Origin: an uncultured delta proteobacterium
GTDB lineage: Bacteria > Desulfobacterota > Syntrophia > Syntrophales > CAMTWB01
Direction of reading: 5' to 3'
Assembly (NCBI GenBank): GCA_947085375.1
Contig: CAMTWB010000007.1
Coordinates: 44,261 to 108,260 of the forward strand
Length of the DNA: 64,000 nt
Shown piece after piece: positions 54,245 through 61,907 of this stretch. The position numbers and the translations under genes are program-made. Below the pieces are notes generated by a model, which saw only the letters and a program-made list of their open reading frames with translations, had not been told where the DNA came from and did no database searches. Position 1 is the first letter of the stretch; each line of letters starts with the position of its first letter.

Positions 54245-54983
54245 ATATGAAGTCGGGACAGATGTCGGATTTCCTCAACATGACCTCGTCGGTAACGCCG
54301 GTCAGGACGAGTGCCGTGGCCGTGCCGCAGTCATTGCCGAGCTTGATATCGGTCTCCAGACGGTCACCGACAAGTAGACAATCCGCCGCGGGCAGTCCCA
54401 GAATATCCAGAGCCGCCTGGATGATCATTGGCGAGGGCTTGCCAACTACTGCTTCCACTTTTTTCAGGGTGATGGCCTCCAACGCGGCAATCGTTGCGGC
54501 GCAGTCCGGGATGTCGCCGTCTTCCGTGGGACAGGTACGGTCGGGATTGGTGGCCACAAAATGGGCGCCCCGCTTGATCGCCTGATAGGCGATGTTTAGC
54601 TTGCGGTAATCAAAGGTGCGGTCGAAGGCAGCGACAACATACTCAACCTGCTCCGGCTGGTCGGTGATGATAAATCCCGCCTCCAGCAACTCCGCGTTGA
54701 AGGGCGCCTCGCCGATCACAAAGAGCTTGGCCGCGGGAGCCGCATTTTGCAGATAGCGGACCATTGCCAGGGAGGAGGTCACCACCTCATCCGGTCGGGT
54801 GGGAATGCCCAGGCGGGTCAGTTTAGCCGCATAATCGCCCCTGGTCTCAAGGGGTTTGTTGGTCAGATAAACCACCTTGCGGCCCGCTTCGCGCAGCTGC
54901 TTGATTGCCTCCGCCGCCCCGGGAATGAGGTTGTCGCCCTTATAGACCGTCCCGTCGAGGTCGAGAATGAATCCTTTGAACAT
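54204..54983 (-). CDS. HAD-IIA phosphatase (NagD-like)
   Basis: Contains FILDLDGTVY ... LTNK ... GKP ... VGDRLETDI motifs. Confidence 0.8.
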   Translation of the reverse strand: MFKGFILDLDGTVYKGDNLIPGAAEAIKQLREAGRKVVYLTNKPLETRGDYAAKLTRLGIPTRPDEVVTSSLAMVRYLQNAAPAAKLFVIGEAPFNAELLEAGFIITDQPEQVEYVVAAFDRTFDYRKLNIAYQAIKRGAHFVATNPDRTCPTEDGDIPDCAATIAALEAITLKKVEAVVGKPSPMIIQAALDILGLPAADCLLVGDRLETDIKLGNDCGTATALVLTGVTDEVMLRKSDICPDFIFESIAQVPDIIFT

Positions 54984-55193
54984 TATGCTCCGGTATGAAG
55001 CCGAAAATTGATGTTATAGTAATTTCCTGTTCGGCGGAGGCAATATAAGGCAAGAGAAGCTGGTAGGTCAAAGGAAATTTACCAGCAAAGACGACCAGGT
55101 ATGACGAACAAATGCTGTTAAGACACAACAAGTTAACTATTGACGGCCTAGCACAAAAAGCATATATGCTCCCAATTAAAATAATAAACGCCT

Positions 55194-55467
55194 GGGTCTG
55201 CGACAAGTTTATGGGTAGCGCGGCTTTTTCTCTTCCCAAAGAGGGGTCGGAGGAGATTTGACGAACTAAAAATAACCTATTGCTTTTATTATAAATCCCC
55301 CCTGCCCCCCTTTGGGAAAGGGGGGTCTAGACGCCCCCCCCTTTGGGAAAGGGGGGTCTAGACGCCCCCCCCTTTGGGAAAGGGGGGTCTAGACGCCCCC
55401 CCCCTTTGGGAAAGGGGGGGGTATAGGCCCTGACAGATTAGGACAGCCATAAATTTGTCGCACACCC
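55194..55467. mobile_element. MITE-like element, inverted copy of the 20924-21131 family, with about 4 tandem 32-nt units (CCCCCCTTTGGGAAAGGGGGGTCTAGACG)
   Basis: The termini CTGCGACAAGTTTATGGG and CCATAAATTTGTCGCACACCC were read directly. The internal sequence is collinear with the reverse complement of copy 1. Confidence 0.75.
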
Positions 55468-55576
55468 TAAACGCGTCGGAGACTTGATTTGCCAAACCAT
55501 CCAGGATATTTATCTTGTCGTGCCAGCAGCAATGCTGATAGTACCTGCATTAAGCCGAACTGCCTCGGGAGAAAAT

Positions 55577-56623
55577 ATGCATAAAGAAAAAGGGATATTT
55601 TCATTTCTTGTTTTAGCGACCCTCTTCCTGCTGCTGGCAACAGCGCCTGCAGAGGCCACCAAAAAAAGCTGTCAAGACTGCCACGCCAAAAAGTCCCTCG
55701 AGGGAACCCCTCTTTATATTGATTCGGCGAAGTATCAATTGACCTCACATTCGCATTTGGGCTGCGAGGCTTGCCACGATAAGATGAGTAAACGCCATCC
55801 GACGGACAAGGTTCGACCGCCCAAGGTTTCCTGCAAGGAATGTCATGCCGAAATCTTTGCCGAGCATGCGAAGAGTGAACATGGCAATTATGCTGGCTGC
55901 ACCGACTGCCACAACCCGCACGCGGTGAGACCGCTTGCAACCCTCACCGCACGGGATTTGAACGTGCAGTGCGAAAAATGTCATAACCATTCAAAAATAG
56001 TTTTAAGTCACGCCAAATGGCTGCCCCAGGCACCACTGCATATTGATGCCTTGCCCTGCATAAGCTGCCATACGGGTTCCCAAAATTACATAATCCTGCT
56101 GAACATGGCAACGGGCGTGTCACGCTCAGTCGGCAGTGGGCTCAGACCGATCATTTTCAATGATTTACGGCTGTTGCTTCCAGAGGGGGAAAAAGTATCG
56201 ACACTAATAGACAACAATGGAGATGGCAAGATCTCACTTGAAGAGCTGAAAAAATTCAATAAAGACAGTCGATATCGGCATATTAAACTTCTGGGAACCA
56301 TGATGCCGGAGGTAGTGACACACACCTTTCAAACTTTGGATAACCGCTATGATTGCACTTTCTGCCATGCTTCAGGCCCAAATGTGCAACAGGCAAGTTT
56401 TATCGCCTTTCCCGAGCCGGATGGAACATACCGTCGCCTGCCTGTGGAGAAAGGCGCCATTATGGATATGCTTTACGGGACCCCGGATTTCTACATGATT
56501 GGTTTTACCCGCAGCACAACGCTCAGCATTATCGGGGCGCTGATCGTAGCAGGGGGGCTGATGGTGCCCATCCTTCACGGCACCTTACGCTTCCTCACCA
56601 GGAGAAGAAGAAAGGAGGGATGA
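55577..56623 (+). CDS. Heptahaem c-type cytochrome, periplasmic with C-terminal TM anchor
   Basis: The start is trimmed to MHKEKG..., with a signal peptide. Seven CxxCH motifs were counted. An EF-hand-like loop DNNGDGKISLEE is present. The C-terminal TM helix is followed by an RRRRK tail. Confidence 0.8.
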   Translation: MHKEKGIFSFLVLATLFLLLATAPAEATKKSCQDCHAKKSLEGTPLYIDSAKYQLTSHSHLGCEACHDKMSKRHPTDKVRPPKVSCKECHAEIFAEHAKSEHGNYAGCTDCHNPHAVRPLATLTARDLNVQCEKCHNHSKIVLSHAKWLPQAPLHIDALPCISCHTGSQNYIILLNMATGVSRSVGSGLRPIIFNDLRLLLPEGEKVSTLIDNNGDGKISLEELKKFNKDSRYRHIKLLGTMMPEVVTHTFQTLDNRYDCTFCHASGPNVQQASFIAFPEPDGTYRRLPVEKGAIMDMLYGTPDFYMIGFTRSTTLSIIGALIVAGGLMVPILHGTLRFLTRRRRKEG

Positions 56624-56624
56624 C

Positions 56625-57326
56625 ATGTCATCCGCCAAACCGAAGCAACGAATATATCTTACACCCACGCCGGTGAGAATATGGCACTGGTTGAACGCCC
56701 TGGGCATTGTGACCCTTTGCTTCACTGGCCTGCAGATAAGATTTCCTGAATATTTCAATATATTCGGCACATACAAAGCAGCAATCTTACTTCACGACAC
56801 TGCGGGCCTGGCTGTCACGATCTCTTTTCTTCTGGGTTTTTTGTACTCCTTGTTCAAAGTAAGAAGCCTGTTAAGACAATACATTCCCACGCGCGACGAT
56901 ATCAAAAGGGGATTATTACAACAGGCATTATTCTATTTCTTCCACTATTTCCAAGGCGGGAAAAATCCCCATACCCCCTCGCCGGAAAATAAATTCAACG
57001 CCATTCAAAAAACAACCTATCTGATAATCATGTTCCTGCTTCTACCCCTGGTTATAGTTACCGGGCTCCTCCTCTTGAATGTTGACCCTCTGCGGGGTTG
57101 GATCAGCGCGATCGGGGGGATCAAGTTCCTGGCTGAAACCCATTATCTTCTCGCCTGCTCATTTTTTGCCTTCCTCTGTGTTCATATCTACATGGCCACC
57201 CTGGGGCACGCGCCATTGGCGCATTTCCGACAGATGTGGACCGGTTGGGAGGAGACGGAGACACATGAGAAGGAAAATAAACAATCAGAGGGGCAAGCCG
57301 GCAGGGAAGCCACCCCACCCCTCTGA
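56625..57326 (+). CDS. Membrane cytochrome b (PhsC/HydC/FdnI-like)
   Basis: 233 aa with 4-5 TM helices, an RIWHWLNA start motif and conserved His residues in the helices. It begins 1 nt after the cytochrome c gene. Confidence 0.7.
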   Translation: MSSAKPKQRIYLTPTPVRIWHWLNALGIVTLCFTGLQIRFPEYFNIFGTYKAAILLHDTAGLAVTISFLLGFLYSLFKVRSLLRQYIPTRDDIKRGLLQQALFYFFHYFQGGKNPHTPSPENKFNAIQKTTYLIIMFLLLPLVIVTGLLLLNVDPLRGWISAIGGIKFLAETHYLLACSFFAFLCVHIYMATLGHAPLAHFRQMWTGWEETETHEKENKQSEGQAGREATPPL

Positions 57327-57481
57327 TTGGCCTTCCTGCGACGAACAGCATCCCCTTTTAAGGTCACGTTGGCAAAAAAGATTGTTAATGCCGCTGTATA
57401 GACTGAAACCTGAAGGCTAAACTTCAACTCTCAGTCGAAGCACCGGTATTGTCACAGTCCTTGAATCTTCGCGCCCTTACC

Positions 57482-57718
57482 TCAGCCGACTTTATCCGTG
57501 ACCTCAGCGGTTGTTTTCTTCATCCCTTTTCTGAAGCCCAAGAGCATCATCATGGCCGGGAATAACTGGGCGATAATGATCAGGGCGCAGAAAGCCAAAA
57601 ACACCCAAACCAGTATACCGCTGGAGTCTTCCCTGTTCGTCGGGGCCGCAAGGGCCTCTCCGGCAATGGTGGTGTAGAGCAACAGGGTTAAAAGAGCAGT
57701 TAGCCGTTCCACAATCAT
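57482..57718 (-). CDS. Small membrane protein (78 aa), paralogue of the 58188-58424 product
   Basis: A signal-like N-terminus (..EALAAP) and a TM helix with a QLFPAMMMLLGF core, followed by a basic tail. Confidence 0.55.
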   Translation of the reverse strand: MIVERLTALLTLLLYTTIAGEALAAPTNREDSSGILVWVFLAFCALIIIAQLFPAMMMLLGFRKGMKKTTAEVTDKVG

Positions 57719-57732
57719 TTCCTCCTTCTGTA

Positions 57733-58149
57733 TTATTGAAATAAATTGTTATTTAGGGCGCCAATGCCTCTAGTATTAAAGGTTTTCATCAGCGCGCAAT
57801 CCACCACCTGTTTGATTTCTTCCTTATCTGCCGCCATGATTGGCTTGAGCAGATGATAGAATATCCCTTCACGGCGCACTTTCTGCAGGGCCGCCAACGG
57901 AATTTCTTCCGAGATCAGAATGATGTTGATCTGGGGATTGCATTTCTTCAAGATTGGGATCATATCCGCCGCATTCAGCCCGTCAACCTCACTGCCTAGA
58001 AATACAATCTGGGCCAGGCGCTTTATGACACCGCCCAAGCCGCTAGCGGCGGTCTTGCTCACCATCACATCGTAACCATCTCCCACGAGCATCTCCATCA
58101 TTTGCCCGCGGACTGCCGCATCGTTGTCCATGATAAGAATCCCAAACAT
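57733..58149 (-). CDS. Stand-alone receiver-like (CheY-fold) protein, probably lacking the phospho-acceptor Asp
   Basis: 138 aa. ILIMDND, ..IILISE.. and ..LLKP.. fit the receiver beta1/beta4/beta5 signatures. The beta3 end reads IVFLGSEVDG instead of ..D..MP.MDG. Confidence 0.6.
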   Translation of the reverse strand: MFGILIMDNDAAVRGQMMEMLVGDGYDVMVSKTAASGLGGVIKRLAQIVFLGSEVDGLNAADMIPILKKCNPQINIILISEEIPLAALQKVRREGIFYHLLKPIMAADKEEIKQVVDCALMKTFNTRGIGALNNNLFQ

Positions 58150-58187
58150 AATTCCGCTCCTTGCCCGTTTGCTTCCTGTGGCTGCTA

Positions 58188-58424
58188 TCAGCCTTCCGCC
58201 CCGGTGCTCCTAGACGCTACCGCTGATGTTTTCATGAAGGCTCCCTTAAACATAGAACCTAACATGATCAGCGCCGGCATCAACTGGAGGAGCATGATCA
58301 AGGCCACCAACCCCAGGAAGAGGATTACCATGAGGCTCATCCCCCCTGGATCGGTGGTTTTAGCTGCCGCAAGAGCCGGGGTAGCCAACAGCAAGTATAA
58401 AGCGCTTATCGTGGTAGTTTTCAT
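58188..58424 (-). CDS. Small membrane protein (78 aa), paralogue of the 57482-57718 product
   Basis: Same architecture, with a QLMPALIMLGSMF core. A GAGGAGG RBS lies upstream. Confidence 0.55.
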   Translation of the reverse strand: MKTTTISALYLLLATPALAAAKTTDPGGMSLMVILFLGLVALIMLLQLMPALIMLGSMFKGAFMKTSAVASRSTGAEG

Positions 58425-58460
58425 GACGTCCTCCTCGTTTATTAGTCTTAATCAGCTTAA

Positions 58461-58476
58461 CGCAATCGTCATGCCA
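58461..58476 (-). promoter_or_regulatory. Sigma54 (-24/-12) promoter TGGCAT-N5-TTGCG
   Basis: On the minus strand, CTCCTGGCATGACGATTGCGTT has the correct GG/GC spacing. It lies about 37 nt upstream of the ATG at 58424. Confidence 0.6.
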
Positions 58477-58596
58477 GGAGTAAAAAAAGATTCAGAAAAA
58501 TACAACTAGCAGATATAATAAATATATTACAAAATATAATCGCTATATATTCCCGGCTGCGAGGTAAATCGTATAATTCATTATGCACCTAAACGT

Positions 58597-58621
58597 CAGA
58601 GATGAAGGAAATTCATCTCTG
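58597..58621. promoter_or_regulatory. 10-bp perfect inverted repeat CAGAGATGAA-N5-TTCATCTCTG in the AT-rich divergent region (candidate enhancer/operator)
   Basis: Read directly. It lies about 120-160 nt upstream of the sigma54 promoter. Confidence 0.35.
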
Positions 58622-58714
58622 AATAATTAAACATATCATTGCCATACGGAAGGTTGCTTGCTGTATTTATATATATACATGTTTCGCTGAGTTTATCCCG
58701 ATCGGGATCAGCAT

Positions 58715-58743
58715 TTGACTGTTGCCTGTGCCTGGTGTATTAA
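58715..58743 (+). promoter_or_regulatory. Candidate sigma70 promoter TTGACT-N17-TATTAA for the NtrC-type regulator gene
   Basis: Motif match only. Confidence 0.3.
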
Positions 58744-58825
58744 ACGCGGAGAATGCGTCGTCCGCGGCCTGACGGCGGGCAAGGTGGCGGGCTTGAAAAA
58801 ATAGTACCTTAATGAGGGTCGAAAC

Positions 58826-60241
58826 ATGGATAAAAAAGCAGTTTTAGTTGTTGACGACGAACCGGCAATAAGAGACGGGCTCAGGAGGATCTTCGAGAAA
58901 CAGGGATTCTCCGTGGAAACTGCGCCAAGCGGATATGACGCCCTTGAGTGCATCCAGAAAAGGGAATTCGGCATTGTACTCACCGATCTGAAAATGCCGG
59001 GGATGAGCGGCATGGAGGTCTTAAGGAGTATCAAGATACTCCAGCCCGACGTTCCGGTCATCATAATTACCGGTTACTCTACCATCTCCTCGGCAGTGGA
59101 GGCCATGAAAAACGGCGCTGCCGATTATATTGCGAAACCCTTTACTGCTGATCAGATTGTCCATAAGGTACAGGAGGTTTTATCAAAAAAAAAGGATTCC
59201 CCCGAAGCGAGACATTTATGGGACGAGTTGCAATTGAGGCGGGGATTCGACGGATTTATTGGTGACAGCAAGGTGATGCAGAAAGTCTACAACCGGATAA
59301 TCCAGGTGGCCCCTACGGACAGTACCGTTCTGATCAGGGGCGAGACGGGCACAGGAAAGGAACTGGTGGCCAGATCGATTCATAAACACAGTCTGAGACA
59401 GGACGGTCCTTTCGTGGCGGTTGATTGCACTTCTCTGGTGGAGCAATTGTTGGAAAGTGAACTGTTTGGTCATGTGAAAGGATCTTTTACGGGCGCCGTT
59501 CAGACCAAGATTGGCTTATTTAAGGTGGCCGACAGGGGGACGCTGTTTCTTGATGAAGTGGCCAACATCAGTTTGACTACTCAGGCCAAGCTGCTCAGGG
59601 TCCTTCAGGAAAAGGTGATCACGCCCATCGGCAGCACCAACCCGCAGCCCGTGGACATCCGCTTGATTGCCGCCACAAACAGAAATCTCAAGGAAATGAT
59701 TGCCCAGGAGACCTTCAGGGAAGACCTATATTTTCGACTGAATGTGATTCCCATTGATCTGCCACCGCTCCGGGAGAGGCAAGGCGATATACCGCTCCTC
59801 ATAAAGAGCTTCATTAATAAGTATTCCGCTGAGCTGGGTAAATCTATCCGGGGAATCGCACCGGAGACCGTTGAACTTTTGGACTCTTACAACTATCCGG
59901 GCAATGTCCGGGAATTGGAGAACCTTATTGAGCGGGCGGTTGTGCTTTGTAAAGGGGAAATAATTTCCAATGAAAACCTTGAACTTTACGGACGGTTAGA
60001 TGCCAGAGAGGAAAAATCTCCTGTTCCGTCCACCCTGGAGGAACTCAATGAGGCCAAACGTCTGATCCGGGGAACCACTATTGAAGCGCTGGAAAGGTCA
60101 TTTGTATTGAACGCACTGGAGAGAAACAAGGGGAATATCTCGCGTGCGGCTTTGGAAACAGGGATGTTGAGACCTAATTTTCAGGCGCTGATGAAAAAGC
60201 TTGGTATTTCGGGCAAGACGCCTGTGGATGAGCTGCCGTGA
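58826..60241 (+). CDS. Sigma54-dependent response regulator (NtrC/AtoC family: REC, AAA+, Fis-type HTH)
   Basis: VLVVDDEP..LTDLKMPGMSG receiver; GETGTGKELVA Walker A; the GSFTGA variant of GAFTGA; C-terminal HTH NISRAALETGMLRPNFQALMKKLGI. Confidence 0.9.
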   Translation: MDKKAVLVVDDEPAIRDGLRRIFEKQGFSVETAPSGYDALECIQKREFGIVLTDLKMPGMSGMEVLRSIKILQPDVPVIIITGYSTISSAVEAMKNGAADYIAKPFTADQIVHKVQEVLSKKKDSPEARHLWDELQLRRGFDGFIGDSKVMQKVYNRIIQVAPTDSTVLIRGETGTGKELVARSIHKHSLRQDGPFVAVDCTSLVEQLLESELFGHVKGSFTGAVQTKIGLFKVADRGTLFLDEVANISLTTQAKLLRVLQEKVITPIGSTNPQPVDIRLIAATNRNLKEMIAQETFREDLYFRLNVIPIDLPPLRERQGDIPLLIKSFINKYSAELGKSIRGIAPETVELLDSYNYPGNVRELENLIERAVVLCKGEIISNENLELYGRLDAREEKSPVPSTLEELNEAKRLIRGTTIEALERSFVLNALERNKGNISRAALETGMLRPNFQALMKKLGISGKTPVDELP

Positions 60242-60249
60242 CGGGAGCG

Positions 60250-61830
60250 CTATCCTTCTTTGCCAGCCACTTCCGGGCAGGCGAGGGGAAGCCAGATCCT
60301 GACTGTGGTGCCTGTGCCAACCTTGCTTTTCACTTCTATCCTGCCCTTATGGCTTTCTATAATACCATAGGAAATTGACATGCCCAGACCGGTTCCCCGG
60401 TTTTCCTTGGTGGTGAAAAAGGGATTGAATATCTTTCGCAGGTTTTCCTCCGATATTCCACAGCCCGTATCCGACACTTCCATATAGGCCGAAGTTTTGT
60501 CTGATGTCAGGCCGGAAGTGATGGTCAATATCCCCCCATCCGTCATTGCCTGGAATGAGTTCATCAGTATGTTTATAAATACCTGTTGCAGTTGACCAGC
60601 ATCTGCATGAATTTGCGGGAGCGCCTCATGAAAAGAGGTCTGGATTCTCATATTGGCTGCGGAAAATTGCTTTTCCATCAAATCCAATGTCTCCTTCATT
60701 ACTTTGTTGAGAGAGCAGGGGCCCATCTGGGGGATATGCTCCCGGGAAAATTCTAGCAGTGCCTTGACGATTTTGGCGCAGCGTTGTGCCTCGGAGATAA
60801 TAATTGAAACATCACTCTGTAGTTCCAGATCGAGTTTTTTATTATCGCACAGCAACGTGGCGTACATGAGGATACTGGTGAGGGGATTGTTAATTTCATG
60901 GGCTACGCCGGCGGCAAGCTGACCCACGGAAGCCATCTTTTCTGTGCGGATTAACTGATCCTGCATATTTCTTATTTCCTGAGTCCTCTCTTCAACCTTG
61001 GTCTCTAGGTTTTTCCCCCAGTCTTCCAGTTCACGACGGGCTTTCTTCAGACTGTCCGTCATGCCGTCGAAGGTCCACGCCAACCTCCCCAACTCGTCTT
61101 TTGATGTAGAGTCGATCTTCGAGTCCAGATCGCCTTCCCCGACCCTTCTGGCATGTTCAAGCAGCGCCTTGATCGGCCAATTGATGATCCGTTGCGTGAA
61201 AATGGTGATCAACGTTCCCGTGAGCAAAAGCAAGATAATGGTAAGGTAAATGGTCTTATTACGCAGGGCGGTGATCTCGGCGTTTTCTTTTTCCAGCGAG
61301 AAGACCACATCCAGCATTCCCAGCACCCTTGTTTGCGCCGGATGAGCGTGGCAAGAAGCATTGGAACAGCTCGGCTGATTGTAGATAGCCTTGGTCATTC
61401 CCAGTACCTTCCTGCTGCTTTCGTTTTTGAGGATCCTCCCCCGATCCATCGTGGAGGCATGAATAAGGGGTGTATCACCGGCGTGGCACATATTACAGGC
61501 CTTAGCCTGCTTGTTCATTATCGTTCCTATTTCTTCTTTGTCGGTGGAATGGATGATGACGCCATCCTTGTTTATCATTCTGATTTTTTCGATATCCTCC
61601 TGCTTGCCAACTTCGTCTATCATTAGGTATACTTGGCGTTTGTTGACGCTAAGCATCTCGTAATGAGTGGTTTTGATGATGGTTTCCGTTATTTTATCCG
61701 CATTGGAAGTGGCCTTTTCAACCACGTACCTGTTCATAGATTCAATGTTCATGTAGGCGAAAATGAACATAAATATGGCCAGGATTAGACTGCTGACAAT
61801 AGTAAGTTTGAAGATCAGACTTTGGCGCAC
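60250..61830 (-). CDS. Sensor histidine kinase with a periplasmic domain carrying c-type haem motifs, HAMP, HisKA and HATPase
   Basis: Two TM helices flank a domain of about 170 aa that contains CNMCH (CxxCH) and CSNASCH. The H-box is AHEINNPLT, and N/G boxes are present. GTG start. Confidence 0.8.
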   Translation of the reverse strand: MRQSLIFKLTIVSSLILAIFMFIFAYMNIESMNRYVVEKATSNADKITETIIKTTHYEMLSVNKRQVYLMIDEVGKQEDIEKIRMINKDGVIIHSTDKEEIGTIMNKQAKACNMCHAGDTPLIHASTMDRGRILKNESSRKVLGMTKAIYNQPSCSNASCHAHPAQTRVLGMLDVVFSLEKENAEITALRNKTIYLTIILLLLTGTLITIFTQRIINWPIKALLEHARRVGEGDLDSKIDSTSKDELGRLAWTFDGMTDSLKKARRELEDWGKNLETKVEERTQEIRNMQDQLIRTEKMASVGQLAAGVAHEINNPLTSILMYATLLCDNKKLDLELQSDVSIIISEAQRCAKIVKALLEFSREHIPQMGPCSLNKVMKETLDLMEKQFSAANMRIQTSFHEALPQIHADAGQLQQVFINILMNSFQAMTDGGILTITSGLTSDKTSAYMEVSDTGCGISEENLRKIFNPFFTTKENRGTGLGMSISYGIIESHKGRIEVKSKVGTGTTVRIWLPLACPEVAGKEG

Positions 61831-61907
61831 TTGGTCAGTTCTCTATGATCGTTAAGCGGCTGGTGGAGCCGTTGCACGGAATCAAAACGTACACCTACGA
61901 TTACAAA

